A stretch of DNA of 64,000 bases from an uncultured bacterium (lineage in GTDB: Bacteria > Patescibacteriota > Saccharimonadia > Saccharimonadales > Saccharimonadaceae), in contig CBIFWO010000003.1 in the NCBI GenBank assembly GCA_966186595.1, forward strand, positions 306 to 64,305, read 5' to 3'. Numbering within the stretch: the stretch's first letter is position 1; each line of letters starts with the position of its first letter. This document shows positions 26,982 to 36,672 of the stretch, piece by piece. A model generated the notes under the pieces. The model searched no databases. It was not told the origin of the DNA and was given only the letters and a program-made list of their open reading frames with translations. A program made the translations under genes and the position numbers.

Positions 26982-27838
26982 TTCTTCCTGCCCTTCGCTT
27001 TTTTACTCTTCGTGGGCGTTCGCTTTTTTGGCGCTTTTTTGGCAGATGTTTTCTTATCGGCTTCCTTTGGTTTGGCGTTTCGTGCGCTCAGAGGAATTTT
27101 CTCGGCCAGTGACTTTTCAAGATTGAGCGGCGTCTTGGTATCACTTGCAATCTGTCCATCGAGCATATGAATGACGCGGCTGGCGTAGGTCGTCAGCGCT
27201 GGGTTATGCGTCACCATAATGATCGTGTTACCGCGCTGATGAATGTCGGACAGTTCGCGCATGATGACATGGCTAGATCGACTATCCAGGTTGCCAGTTG
27301 GTTCGTCCGCCAGAACGATCGAAGGATTGTTGACGAGCGCCCGCGCGATCGCAACACGCTGCATTTGTCCGCCCGAAAGTTGCCAGGGCATATAGTATTC
27401 TCGCTCCGACAGATGGAAATTCCCCAGCATTTCACTCGCCATTTTCAATCGCTTGGTGCGTGTAATTCCCTTGTACGTCAGGGGTAGGGCAACGTTCTCA
27501 ATGACATTCAGACGATCAACCAGGTTGAAGCTTTGAAATACCATACCGATCTGTTGACTGCGAATTCGGGCGTGGCGCACATCCGAAAGATCCTCTACCG
27601 GCGTCCCATCCAACTGGTACTCACCATCGTTCGAGGTGTCGAGCAGGCCAAGAATGTTGAGGAGTGTCGTCTTACCACATCCGCTGGGGCCCATGATGGC
27701 GATAAACTCACCTTTTTCGATGGTAAGGTCAATTCCGTCCAGTGCATACTGCTCGGCGTCGCCCATGCCGTAACGCTTTTTCAGGCCGCGGAGCTGAATA
27801 ACTGGTGGAACTGTTTCTGTTTCGATCATTATTACCAT
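26978..27838 (-). CDS. ABC transporter ATP-binding protein (MacB/LolD type) with Lys-rich C-terminal tail
   Basis: Walker [10 protein letters not shown], signature [15 protein letters not shown], Walker [12 protein letters not shown]. About 45-aa K-rich tail. 4-nt overlap with the permease gene. Confidence 0.9.
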   Translation of the reverse strand: MVIMIETETVPPVIQLRGLKKRYGMGDAEQYALDGIDLTIEKGEFIAIMGPSGCGKTTLLNILGLLDTSNDGEYQLDGTPVEDLSDVRHARIRSQQIGMVFQSFNLVDRLNVIENVALPLTYKGITRTKRLKMASEMLGNFHLSEREYYMPWQLSGGQMQRVAIARALVNNPSIVLADEPTGNLDSRSSHVIMRELSDIHQRGNTIIMVTHNPALTTYASRVIHMLDGQIASDTKTPLNLEKSLAEKIPLSARNAKPKEADKKTSAKKAPKKRTPTKSKKAKGRKK

Positions 27839-27935
27839 TATAGATAGGCCACTTTGTCAAAAGCAACCAGAGAGGGCCGTAATTAATACAACTGATTGAA
27901 AGGGGCAAGCAAGTCAGGTAGTATTAAGTGGAAAC

Positions 27936-28025
27936 GGAGAGGTGCAAGAGTGGTTGAATTGGCACGCCTGGAACGCGTGTGTGCCAGCGATGGTACCCAG
28001 GGTTCGAATCCCTGTCTCTCCGCCA
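27936..28025 (+). tRNA. tRNA-Ser (anticodon GGA)
   Basis: GGAGAGG ... CACGC CTGGAAC GCGTG, a long variable arm, CAGGG TTCGAAT CCCTG, TCTCTCC G CCA. Encoded CCA. Confidence 0.9.
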
Positions 28026-28150
28026 AGAAGTTATTCCAGATACTCGCAAGCTATGCGGGTATGACTACGTCGTAGACATACTTGTATTTTCCAAATAATC
28101 TGTTATTATATTCCTACACGAGAAGATCGTTACCGTAAGGGAGGACCGTC

Positions 28151-28282
28151 ATGCGACAGTACGGCGAATTGAGGGTGTCGTCCTACTACACACCCGATCG
28201 AGATTGGGAGCTGCGAAATGTTCGTTGCAGCTTCGTCTCATCTGATGATGAGCACACGTCGCTACCGGGGTCGGCCCCCTAG
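28151..28282 (+). CDS. GC-rich mini-ORF (43 aa) next to tRNA-Ser
   Basis: AAGGGAGGA SD lies 6 nt before the ATG. Hand translation: MRQYGELRVSSYYTPDRDWELRNVRCSFVSSDDEHTSLPGSAPP. Below the track cutoff. Confidence 0.35.
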   Translation: MRQYGELRVSSYYTPDRDWELRNVRCSFVSSDDEHTSLPGSAP

Positions 28283-28286
28283 CGCG

Positions 28287-28508
28287 CTAACCCGGCTGGC
28301 GCAAGATGGCTGGGGGCTCGTCACGAGCGTCAGTCTCCAGAAGATGGAGGGTGGTCGCCAGCTCGTTCAGGAGATCATCCACACGATGGTGCGGGATGTT
28401 CCGGACGAGCCGCCTGGCCAACTCTGATTGGCTGCGACCTAGGTCATCTCGCGGGTGGGGCAGGTGGCGCTGCAGTAACATGCACGCCACCTGGATATCC
28501 CCAAGCAC
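28287..28508 (-). CDS. GC-rich hypothetical ORF, possibly a gene remnant
   Basis: 73 aa, GTG start, no convincing SD. Its composition is more protein-like than the Arg-rich plus-strand shadow ORFs. The RNIPHH segment vaguely recalls an HEPN Rx4H motif. Confidence 0.25.
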   Translation of the reverse strand: MLGDIQVACMLLQRHLPHPRDDLGRSQSELARRLVRNIPHHRVDDLLNELATTLHLLETDARDEPPAILRQPG

Positions 28509-28545
28509 AATTGAATTTTTTTATTATTCCACCTAGACTTGAACT

Positions 28546-29610
28546 ATGACAAACAAACGGGTGGTGAACAAAAAAGTTTCTCAAAAAGTGAAAATGAAGC
28601 CTTTCTATCGACGGAGGGGCTTTTTGTGGTCGGCGGGCAGTATCGTCGGAATAATTCTCATCGTATTATTGGCGTTTCGGGTCAGTCCATGGCCAGGCGC
28701 GCTAATTATTCGCAAGGTTTTTGAAGACGACAATGTAAAAGTAAAGCAGGCGCTGGAAAGGCATACGCCGGCGGGCGTGACGAAAGTAGCCGATCGACAA
28801 TATTCGGCTGGTCCCGATACGCGTCTAGATGTCTACTACCCCGAGCATACGAGTGCTCCACTGGCGACGCTGATCTGGACGCATGGTGGTGCATGGATAT
28901 CCGGGGATAAGGATAACGCCGAGCCCTACTATCGTTTGATCGCTAGCAAGGGTTATACGGTCGTTTCGCTAGACTACACACTGGCACCGGCAAAATCCTA
29001 CCCCGCACAAATCCACCAGTTGAACGATGCGCATAAATATATATTGGATAATGCCAAAAAATTCCACGTTGATGCGAATAAGATTATGCTGGCGGGGGAT
29101 TCAGCGGGTTCGCAATTTTCGGCACAAATGGCGGCGTTGATCACGAATGAAGAATACGCCAGGGAAGTGGGGATTGAGATGGCACTCGCTCCAAGCCAAT
29201 TAAAGGGCCTAGTTCTCAACTGCGGTATTTATAAGATGGAAGGCCTGGCCCATCCCGACCCCACACTGCCAAAGATTGTGGGTTGGGGCGATGACGTGGC
29301 GGTGTGGTCGTATTCGGGTACGAGCGATTTTTCAGATCCGGTCATTCGTCAGATGTCGCCATATTATCATGTAACCAAGGATTATCCGCCTGTCTATATT
29401 ACTGGTGGGAATGCTGATCCGCTAACTGATGCGCAGTCGAGGCCATTTGCAGATGAGTTGGAATATCTAGGTGTACCAGTGTCACGCCTGTTCTATCCGA
29501 TGGATCACAAGCCAAAGCTGCCGCACGAATACCAGTTCAATCTGGATAATCAGGATGGGCAAAAGGCACTCGAGGCGACACTGGAATTCATGAAGACCAG
29601 ATCAAGCTAA
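28546..29610 (+). CDS. alpha/beta hydrolase (HSL-type esterase/lipase), membrane anchored
   Basis: 354 aa. N-terminal TM, oxyanion motif HGGAW and nucleophile elbow GDSAG. Confidence 0.8.
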   Translation: MTNKRVVNKKVSQKVKMKPFYRRRGFLWSAGSIVGIILIVLLAFRVSPWPGALIIRKVFEDDNVKVKQALERHTPAGVTKVADRQYSAGPDTRLDVYYPEHTSAPLATLIWTHGGAWISGDKDNAEPYYRLIASKGYTVVSLDYTLAPAKSYPAQIHQLNDAHKYILDNAKKFHVDANKIMLAGDSAGSQFSAQMAALITNEEYAREVGIEMALAPSQLKGLVLNCGIYKMEGLAHPDPTLPKIVGWGDDVAVWSYSGTSDFSDPVIRQMSPYYHVTKDYPPVYITGGNADPLTDAQSRPFADELEYLGVPVSRLFYPMDHKPKLPHEYQFNLDNQDGQKALEATLEFMKTRSS

Positions 29611-29622
29611 TGTGAACATAAG

Positions 29623-29669
29623 GCACCATATATAGCGTTGTAAATAACAAACACCACACTATAAAGTGT
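29623..29669 (+). promoter_or_regulatory. NrdR box pair (distal)
   Basis: gcaccatatatagcgt (29623..29638) and ccacactataaagtgt (29654..29669), 31 nt apart. Each matches 12-13 of 16 positions of the acaCwAtATaTwGtgt consensus. Confidence 0.65.
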
Positions 29670-29706
29670 TGTAGACTGTGTAGTAATAAAAACCTGTTCA
29701 AAATGC

Positions 29707-29760
29707 TTGAAAACCATACATATAGGGTCTATTATCGTATTTAGACACTACATATGTAGT
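29707..29760 (+). promoter_or_regulatory. nrd promoter (TTGAAA-N17-TATTAT) with proximal NrdR box pair
   Basis: TTGAAA at 29707..29712 and TATTAT at 29730..29735. Box accatacatatagggt (29713..29728) fills the spacer. The palindromic box acactacatatgtagt (29745..29760) lies 32 nt downstream of it. Confidence 0.65.
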
Positions 29761-29891
29761 AGTTCAATAAAAATACACATTATGCAAGGAGGGGACTGTT
29801 GCCGCTACACACGGTACTTTTCTTGCGCCTCTGAAATGAGAGCCAGGGGAATGTGAGGGTAGAAAACAAAATTCGTAGCATAGGGGATAAA

Positions 29892-32291
29892 ATGAGCGAA
29901 ATTCACGTGGTCAAACGCGACGGCACCCGCGAACCATTTGACGCCAACAAGATCAACTTGGCGCTCGTGAAGGCAAGTGAGGGCTTGCCGGATCAAATTA
30001 GCAAAGTCGTGCAGGTTGCGACCGAGCTGCAACTGACATTATTCGATGGTATTACCACCGAGCAGCTGGACGAGGCGGTAATTCACACGGCGCTTCAGAA
30101 TGTAAAAGATGACCCTGATTTTGACAAGATCGCTTCGCGCTTGCTACTGAAGAACATCTACAAGAATATTCTGGGTGATTACGAAACTGACGTGGAGCTA
30201 AAGAAGCTGCACGAAGAGAAGTTCCCGGAATATCTCAAGCAGGGCATCGCCGATGGTCTCCTTGATACTCGCATGAATACAAAAGTATTCAACATCAAAA
30301 AACTGGCGAAGGCGCTTGATCCACAGCGTGACCAATTAAGCAAATATTTGGGTGTAGTTACAAACAAAAACCGCTATGCACTTCGCAAGCAAAGTGGCGC
30401 GCCGATTGAGACGCCGCAATTCACCCATATGCGTATTGCCATGGGGCTAAGCTTTAATGAGAAAGATCCAACTGCTGCTGCACTCGACTTTTACGATCAC
30501 ATGAGTCGACTGGATTACGTCCCTGGCGGCTCGACCCGCATCAATGCCGGCGGTGCGTTTCCGCAGCTTTCCAACTGCTTCCTCTTTAACATCGACGACG
30601 ACATGGAGGCAATTGCCAAGGGTGTTCGCGACACGATGTGGATTGCAAAAGGAACGGGCGGTATTGGTATTGGTATTACCAAGCTGCGTGCAGCTGGAAG
30701 TCCGGTCAAAACGACCAACACCGAATCGACCGGTCCCATTCCGTTTATCAAGATGATCGACACGGCACTCTTTGCCGTCAGTCGCAAGGGCAAGAAGGCT
30801 GGTGCGGCGGCGATCTACATGGAAAACTGGCACCTGAATTTTCCACAGTTTTTGGACCTCAAACAGAACAGTGGTGACCCTTACCTCCGAACGCGAATTG
30901 CCAACACAGCGGTCTACATGAGCGACGAATTCATGAAGCGCGTCGAAAAGGACAAAGATTGGTACATGTTCGATCCAGCTGACACGCCTGATCTGACCGA
31001 GCTTTACGGCGAGGAATTTAGCAAGCGTTACGCCGAATACGTCAAGATGGCTGATAGGGGTGAGTTGCGCGACTTTTCAAAGATTCGTGCCCGTGAACAG
31101 TGGCGCCAGATTCTGACGATTTTGCAGGCGACCAGCCACCCATGGCTAACCTGGAAGGACACGATCAATGTTCGTGCCCTCAACAACAATACGGGGACGA
31201 TTCACCACAGCAACCTCTGTACGGAGATCACATTGCCACAGGACAAAGACAACACATCCGTCTGCAACCTGGTGAGTATTAACCTGTCAGCACATCTGAA
31301 TGAAGACAAGACGTGGGACTGGGACCGTCTAGCTGCCAGTAGCCGAAGTGCGATCCGCCAGCTCGACAACCTCTGCGATATTACCAACACGCCAATTCCT
31401 GAAGCGATGAATTCCAATCTGCAAAACCGCGCACTCGGTCTGGGTGTCATGGGCTTTACCGATGTCATCGAAAAGCTTGGACATAGCTACGAGTCAGAAG
31501 AAGCCTACGATCTCATCGACCAACTGGTTGAATTCGTCAGCTACCACGCGATTGACGCGAGTGCTGATATGGCTAAGGAGCTCGGCAGTTACCCAATGTT
31601 CAAGGGCAGCGCATGGAGTAAAGGCAAGTTACCTATCGATACACTAGACGATCTGGCCGCAGACCGTCATGTAAAGGTGGATGTCACCCGCAAGAAGCGC
31701 ATGGATTGGGAAACGCTCCGCGCAAAGGTAAAGAAGGGGATGCGCAATGCAACCTTGATGGCAATCGCTCCAACTGCCAACATTGCACACGTTGCCGGTA
31801 CGACTCCGGGTCTCGATCCGCAGTTTGCGCAGATCTTCTCTCGTGCGACGCTGAATGGAAAGTTCTTGGAAGTAAATGTTAACCTTGTAAATGACCTCAA
31901 GGAACTCGGCATTTGGGACGATGTGAAAGAGGATGTATTACGTCTTCAGGGCGACATCCAGACGATCGAAGCGATTCCAAAGCATATTCGCGACGTGTAC
32001 AAAACCAGCTTCCAGCTCAGCCCATACTCCTTTATCGAGGTAGCGGCCCGGGCGCAGAAGTGGGTTGACCAAGCGATCAGCCGCAATATGTATCTGGAAA
32101 CTCGCGACATTGATGAGTACGAAAAGATTTACAGTACCGCCTGGAAGAAGGGGCTCAAGACGACGTACTATCTACACGTGAAGCCGCGTCACCAGGCCGA
32201 GCAAAGCACGGTAAAAGTCAACAAAGCTGAATCACTCGGAAGCGGTCCGCGCAAGAGTGGATTTGGATTCGCTAAAAAGCAAACGGTATAA
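29892..32291 (+). CDS. nrdA: ribonucleoside-diphosphate reductase alpha subunit (class I, with ATP-cone)
   Basis: About 799 aa from ATG 29892; the track starts at an upstream GTG at 29853. ATP-cone VVKRDGTREPFDANKI. Catalytic region NLCTEI. Confidence 0.93.
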   Translation: MSEIHVVKRDGTREPFDANKINLALVKASEGLPDQISKVVQVATELQLTLFDGITTEQLDEAVIHTALQNVKDDPDFDKIASRLLLKNIYKNILGDYETDVELKKLHEEKFPEYLKQGIADGLLDTRMNTKVFNIKKLAKALDPQRDQLSKYLGVVTNKNRYALRKQSGAPIETPQFTHMRIAMGLSFNEKDPTAAALDFYDHMSRLDYVPGGSTRINAGGAFPQLSNCFLFNIDDDMEAIAKGVRDTMWIAKGTGGIGIGITKLRAAGSPVKTTNTESTGPIPFIKMIDTALFAVSRKGKKAGAAAIYMENWHLNFPQFLDLKQNSGDPYLRTRIANTAVYMSDEFMKRVEKDKDWYMFDPADTPDLTELYGEEFSKRYAEYVKMADRGELRDFSKIRAREQWRQILTILQATSHPWLTWKDTINVRALNNNTGTIHHSNLCTEITLPQDKDNTSVCNLVSINLSAHLNEDKTWDWDRLAASSRSAIRQLDNLCDITNTPIPEAMNSNLQNRALGLGVMGFTDVIEKLGHSYESEEAYDLIDQLVEFVSYHAIDASADMAKELGSYPMFKGSAWSKGKLPIDTLDDLAADRHVKVDVTRKKRMDWETLRAKVKKGMRNATLMAIAPTANIAHVAGTTPGLDPQFAQIFSRATLNGKFLEVNVNLVNDLKELGIWDDVKEDVLRLQGDIQTIEAIPKHIRDVYKTSFQLSPYSFIEVAARAQKWVDQAISRNMYLETRDIDEYEKIYSTAWKKGLKTTYYLHVKPRHQAEQSTVKVNKAESLGSGPRKSGFGFAKKQTV

Positions 32292-32308
32292 AAAGGGAGG
32301 GCACCACT

Positions 32309-32488
32309 ATGGGTATGAACGCAAGTACAATCATCAACGACGACATGACACTTGAGGAAAAGCTCGAGGCGATTGAAAAAGCGATGTTAAATGCACAGGC
32401 GCAGGCTGACGAGGACGCGGCGCAGAACGGGACGGTTGCTGCGCCAGTCGACCCAGCCGACCTCACAATGTGCGAAGGGTGCCAATAG
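32309..32488 (+). CDS. mini-ORF (59 aa) ending in C-E-G-C-Q, between nrdA and nrdB
   Basis: AAGGGAGGG SD lies 8 nt before the ATG. Hand translation: MGMNASTIINDDMTLEEKLEAIEKAMLNAQAQADEDAAQNGTVAAPVDPADLTMCEGCQ. Below the track cutoff. Confidence 0.5.
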   Translation: MGMNASTIINDDMTLEEKLEAIEKAMLNAQAQADEDAAQNGTVAAPVDPADLTMCEGCQ

Positions 32489-32537
32489 AGGATGCAACTT
32501 CTAAGGGCGTTAATAAGGAAAGGATTGAAACACTATC

Positions 32538-33530
32538 ATGGCAGGCATTCTCGGAACAGGTATCCAGGACGGATTACTTCTTAAACCAATTCACTACCAG
32601 TGGGCGTATGATCTCTATAATCAGGCGGTCGCGAACACCTGGTTTCCAAACGAAATCCAGCTAGGTCAGGACCTCGCCGATTGGAAGAAGATGACAGACG
32701 AAGAGCGCCACGCGCTTGAATTCCTGATGAGCTACTTTAATCCGAACGAGCTGTTGGTGAACAAGGCGCTAGCCTTTGGAGTGTATCCGTATGTGAATGC
32801 GGCCGAGTGTCACTTATACTTGGCGAAACAGATGTGGGAGGAAGCCAACCACTGCATGAGTTTTGAATATGTGCTCGAAACATTCCCAATTGACCGCGAG
32901 AAGGCCTATGCTGCCCATGTTGACGAACCCGTCATGGCGCGCAAGGAAGAGTTCGAAACACAGGCCATCAAGCGAATGACCGAGAAGCACCTTGATATCA
33001 CGACGACTGAGGGGAAGAAGGACTTTATCCGTAACCTTATCGCGTACAATATCATCCTTGAGGGTATCTGGTTTTACAGTGGTTTCATGGTGGCGCTTTC
33101 ATTCCGCCAGCGCAATTTGCTACGTAACTTTGGTAGCCTGATCGACTGGGTGGTTCGTGACGAGAGCTTGCACCTCAAGTTTGGTATCAACCTGATCCTG
33201 ACGACGCTTGAGGAAAACGAAGATCTTCAGACTGAGGAGTTTGCGAACGAAATCAAGCAGACCATTCTGGATGCGGTCGAGATGGAAGAGGAATACAACA
33301 AGGTGATGCTGCCAAAGGGTATCCTTGGTCTGAACGCTGACTACGTGAACCAATACGTGAAATACCTGACCGACCGTCGCCTGGAAGAGCTCGGATTTGA
33401 AGCGCATTACAAAGTATCTAACCCGGCCAAGTGGATGGCGGCTGCCAACGACACGCTCGAGCTCGTCAACTTCTTTGAGGCGACCAACACCAGCTACGAA
33501 GTAAACGCTGGCAACAGCAAGAAAGATTAG
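32538..33530 (+). CDS. nrdB: ribonucleoside-diphosphate reductase beta subunit (class I; Phe at radical-Tyr position)
   Basis: 330 aa ferritin-like protein. E102-x-x-H105 followed by F109 (EEANHCMSF), ILEGIWFYSGF, and RDESLH. Confidence 0.9.
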   Translation: MAGILGTGIQDGLLLKPIHYQWAYDLYNQAVANTWFPNEIQLGQDLADWKKMTDEERHALEFLMSYFNPNELLVNKALAFGVYPYVNAAECHLYLAKQMWEEANHCMSFEYVLETFPIDREKAYAAHVDEPVMARKEEFETQAIKRMTEKHLDITTTEGKKDFIRNLIAYNIILEGIWFYSGFMVALSFRQRNLLRNFGSLIDWVVRDESLHLKFGINLILTTLEENEDLQTEEFANEIKQTILDAVEMEEEYNKVMLPKGILGLNADYVNQYVKYLTDRRLEELGFEAHYKVSNPAKWMAAANDTLELVNFFEATNTSYEVNAGNSKKD

Positions 33531-33531
33531 C

Positions 33532-34137
33532 ATGAAAACCGAGATCGAAGCTAAATTTGCGGATATCGACATCGATGAAATCCGTGCGGCGCTAAAAGCG
33601 GCGGGAGCAATGTGTGAACAGCCTATGCGCCTGATGCGCCGGGCTTTGATTGAGGAACCTCATCATGCCAAAGAACATTCCTTTCTGCGCATTCGTGATG
33701 AAGGTGACAAAGTAACACTGACGTTCAAGCGTCGTAAAGATCCGTATAACCCAGGCATCGACGGTGTGAAGGAAATTGAGGTGGAGGTGAGTGACTTTGA
33801 CGATACGCTGACCATCTTTTCCGAAGCTGGCTGGCGCTACATGACGTTCCAGGAGTCGAAGCGCGAGACATGGAAATTGGGCGAGGCCGAAGTGGTGATC
33901 GATGAATGGCCGTGGCTGGAACCGTATATCGAAATCGAAGGTGAAACGGAGGCAATTATCAAAGCGGCAGCTGAAAAATTGGGGCTGAAGTGGGATGATG
34001 CGCAGTTTGTGAATATTGATGTCCTATACAACAAGAAATATGAATTTGCACCGAACTTTCGTGGCGTGATCGATGTACCAGAAGCACGTTTTGGCGCCCC
34101 ATTACCACCGCAATTTATCCCTAGAACAGCGAATTAA
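33532..34137 (+). CDS. CYTH-domain protein (triphosphate tunnel metalloenzyme / class IV adenylate cyclase-like)
   Basis: 201 aa. N-terminal EIEAKF signature of CYTH domains. Confidence 0.7.
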   Translation: MKTEIEAKFADIDIDEIRAALKAAGAMCEQPMRLMRRALIEEPHHAKEHSFLRIRDEGDKVTLTFKRRKDPYNPGIDGVKEIEVEVSDFDDTLTIFSEAGWRYMTFQESKRETWKLGEAEVVIDEWPWLEPYIEIEGETEAIIKAAAEKLGLKWDDAQFVNIDVLYNKKYEFAPNFRGVIDVPEARFGAPLPPQFIPRTAN

Positions 34138-35090
34138 TGTTGGTGGGCAGAAAGACGACTATGAAACGAACAACTTTTTGGCGCACCATTATTATCGTGA
34201 TTGCTGTGGGGTTGATTAGTGCGTTTGTGTATGCCGTGATTCAAGCCCGAAATAAATCCGGTGATCACACCAAAAAACAGGTCCTCACGACCTTTACGGT
34301 TCTGTCCGACATGGCTAAAAATATTGCCGGCGATCGGATAGACGTTGATTCTATTACCAAACCCGGCGCTGAAATTCACGGCTACGAACCAACCCCGGGC
34401 GACATGGTGCGTCTACAAAAAGCTGATCTCGTATTAGATAATGGTCTCAATCTCGAAAAGTGGGCCGAGAAGCTCTATCAGAATGTGCCCGATGTGCCCC
34501 ATGTGACACTGACGGAGGGAGTGGCACCAATGCCAATTGCCGAGGGTCCCTACAAAGACAAGCCAAATCCCCACGCTTGGATGTCACCGGCGAACGCGCT
34601 TATCTACGTTGATAATATAACGAAGGCACTTTCGAATATCGACCAGCCAAATGCCAGTTATTTTGCTAAGAATGCAGAGGCGTACAAGAAAAAAATTAGT
34701 CAGGTTGATGAAGCATTAAAGACCGAATTGGGATCACTCGTTGAGTCAAGCCGTTACTTAACTAGCTGTGAAGGGGCGTTTAGTTACCTCATCCGTGATT
34801 ATGGTCTGAGAGAGCTTTACCTGTGGCCAATCAATGCTGATGCCCAAGGGACGCCACAGCAAATTCGCAGCGTCGTTGAGTCGGTAAAAGCGAATAATGT
34901 ACCCGCAGTTTTCTGCGAAAGTACGGTAAGTTCGCAGGCACAGCGTCAGGTCGCTCAGGAAACGGGCGCGCGATTTGGTGGAATATTCTATGTCGATTCG
35001 CTCTCTGGTAAGGACGGGCCGACACCAACCTATCTGAAGCTGCTAGAATATAATGCCAATACATTGGTGCGTGGACTAAAAGGCGAGTGA
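34137..35090 (+). CDS. metal (Mn/Zn) ABC transporter substrate-binding protein, TroA/ZnuA family
   Basis: 317 aa (an alternative start is ATG 34161, MKRTTFW). N-terminal anchor, AEIHGYEPTP and NPHAWMSP motifs. Confidence 0.85.
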   Translation: MLVGRKTTMKRTTFWRTIIIVIAVGLISAFVYAVIQARNKSGDHTKKQVLTTFTVLSDMAKNIAGDRIDVDSITKPGAEIHGYEPTPGDMVRLQKADLVLDNGLNLEKWAEKLYQNVPDVPHVTLTEGVAPMPIAEGPYKDKPNPHAWMSPANALIYVDNITKALSNIDQPNASYFAKNAEAYKKKISQVDEALKTELGSLVESSRYLTSCEGAFSYLIRDYGLRELYLWPINADAQGTPQQIRSVVESVKANNVPAVFCESTVSSQAQRQVAQETGARFGGIFYVDSLSGKDGPTPTYLKLLEYNANTLVRGLKGE

Positions 35091-35836
35091 TGAACGCGAT
35101 CGATATCCAAGGCGTGTCGGTGCGCTATCACGAGAAATTAGTTCTCGAGGACGTGACAGCGATCGTGCCCGAGGGCGCAATTTGTGGCCTGGTGGGTATG
35201 AATGGTGCAGGGAAATCGACACTTTTTAAGTCGATCATGGGGGCGGTTTCGCTTGGGAAGGGCAGAGTGCGACTGGCTGGACACACTGTGAAAGTCGCGC
35301 AAAAAAAGGGAATCGTGGCATACGTCCCGCAAACCGAGATGATTGATTGGAATTTTCCAGTGTCCGTTCGGGACGTCGTGATGATGGGCAGATATGGGCA
35401 AATGAATTTTCTTCGGATTCCAAGGACAAAGGACGAGGAAGCGGTGACGCATGCATTGGAGCGTGTTCACCTCACGGATTTTGCTGATCGTCAGATCGGA
35501 CAGCTTTCTGGCGGACAACGTAAACGCGCATTTGTCGCCCGTGCATTGGCGCAGGGTGCATCAATTTTACTCTTAGACGAACCATTTGCTGGTGTCGATG
35601 CAAAGACTGAAGCCTCACTAGTCGAGCTTCTCCGCGAACTGCAAAAACAGGATGTGACGACACTGATCGCCGCTCACGATCTCAATACGATTGGATCGTA
35701 CTGCGATCACATCATTTTACTCAAGAAAACCGTCATCGCCGCCGGGCCAACAAAAAAAGTGTTCACAGCCGAGAATATCGCCAAGACGTACGATAGTGTG
35801 TTCGGAAAGAAGGGGAGCGTGCCATGGATGCGTTAA
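35087..35836 (+). CDS. metal ABC transporter ATP-binding protein
   Basis: Walker A GMNGAGKST, signature LSGGQRKRAFVARAL, Walker B LLLDEPFAGVD. Overlaps the neighbouring genes. Confidence 0.9.
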   Translation: MMNAIDIQGVSVRYHEKLVLEDVTAIVPEGAICGLVGMNGAGKSTLFKSIMGAVSLGKGRVRLAGHTVKVAQKKGIVAYVPQTEMIDWNFPVSVRDVVMMGRYGQMNFLRIPRTKDEEAVTHALERVHLTDFADRQIGQLSGGQRKRAFVARALAQGASILLLDEPFAGVDAKTEASLVELLRELQKQDVTTLIAAHDLNTIGSYCDHIILLKKTVIAAGPTKKVFTAENIAKTYDSVFGKKGSVPWMR

Positions 35837-36672
35837 TTTTACCTCTTCAATACGATTTTATGCTCAAGGCGATCATAGTTAGTTCGGTGGTAGGCGTGGT
35901 CTGTGCGCTGCTGTCCTGTCTGCTGATATTAAAGCGCTGGTCGCTGATGGGCGATGCGGTGTCGCACTCAGTCCTGCCGGGTGTGGTCCTAGCGTATGTC
36001 ATAGGGATTCCGTTTAGCATCGGTGCGTTTGTGTTCGGACTGGGAAGTGTGCTGGGGATTGGATACATCAAGCAAAAGGTTCGTCTGAAAGATGATGCCG
36101 TGATCGGGATTGTCTTTACGACGCTGTTTGCGCTTGGGCTGGTGCTGGTGTCGAAAGTGCCGAGTAATATCGATCTCATGCACATTCTGTTTGGATACGT
36201 ACTAGGGATCTCTAACACCGATGCGTGGCAGGTGGGGATCATCGCGGTAAGTGTTATCGCTGTGCTATTGGTCCTTCGTCGTAGCCTCCTGCTTTACGCG
36301 TTTGACCCAGCGCATATGGGTGCGATTCGGCTGAAAGTGCAGTTTTATCACTATCTTCTGCTGGTGCTCCTCGCACTGACAGTGATTGCGTCGGTGCAAA
36401 CAGTCGGTATTATCTTGGTAATTGCGATGCTCATCACGCCGGGCGCGATCGCGCATCTGTGGACGGATCGATTCGATCGAATGCTTATGATTGCGGCGGG
36501 TGCAAGTGTGATTGCCTGTATCGTCGGAGCGTACAGTAGTTATTATTTTGACGTGTCGACGGGTGGAGCGATGGTGCTGGTATTGGGAGTCCTGTTTCTT
36601 TTGACATTTCTATTTGCCCCAAAGTATGGGGTGATCCGAGGTGGCCTAAAATACTTACGACGTAGTAATTGA
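35824..36672 (+). CDS. metal ABC transporter permease (ABC-3 family)
   Basis: 282 aa polytopic protein. DAVSHSVLPGV motif typical of ZnuB/MntB permeases. Confidence 0.88.
   Translation: MDALILPLQYDFMLKAIIVSSVVGVVCALLSCLLILKRWSLMGDAVSHSVLPGVVLAYVIGIPFSIGAFVFGLGSVLGIGYIKQKVRLKDDAVIGIVFTTLFALGLVLVSKVPSNIDLMHILFGYVLGISNTDAWQVGIIAVSVIAVLLVLRRSLLLYAFDPAHMGAIRLKVQFYHYLLLVLLALTVIASVQTVGIILVIAMLITPGAIAHLWTDRFDRMLMIAAGASVIACIVGAYSSYYFDVSTGGAMVLVLGVLFLLTFLFAPKYGVIRGGLKYLRRSN

Noticed and set aside
29761-29891. About 130-150-nt 5' UTR of nrdA, considered as a riboswitch (for example a cobalamin riboswitch)
   Set aside because: No B12-box or other riboswitch core is recognisable. A class I RNR with NrdR boxes already explains the regulation.
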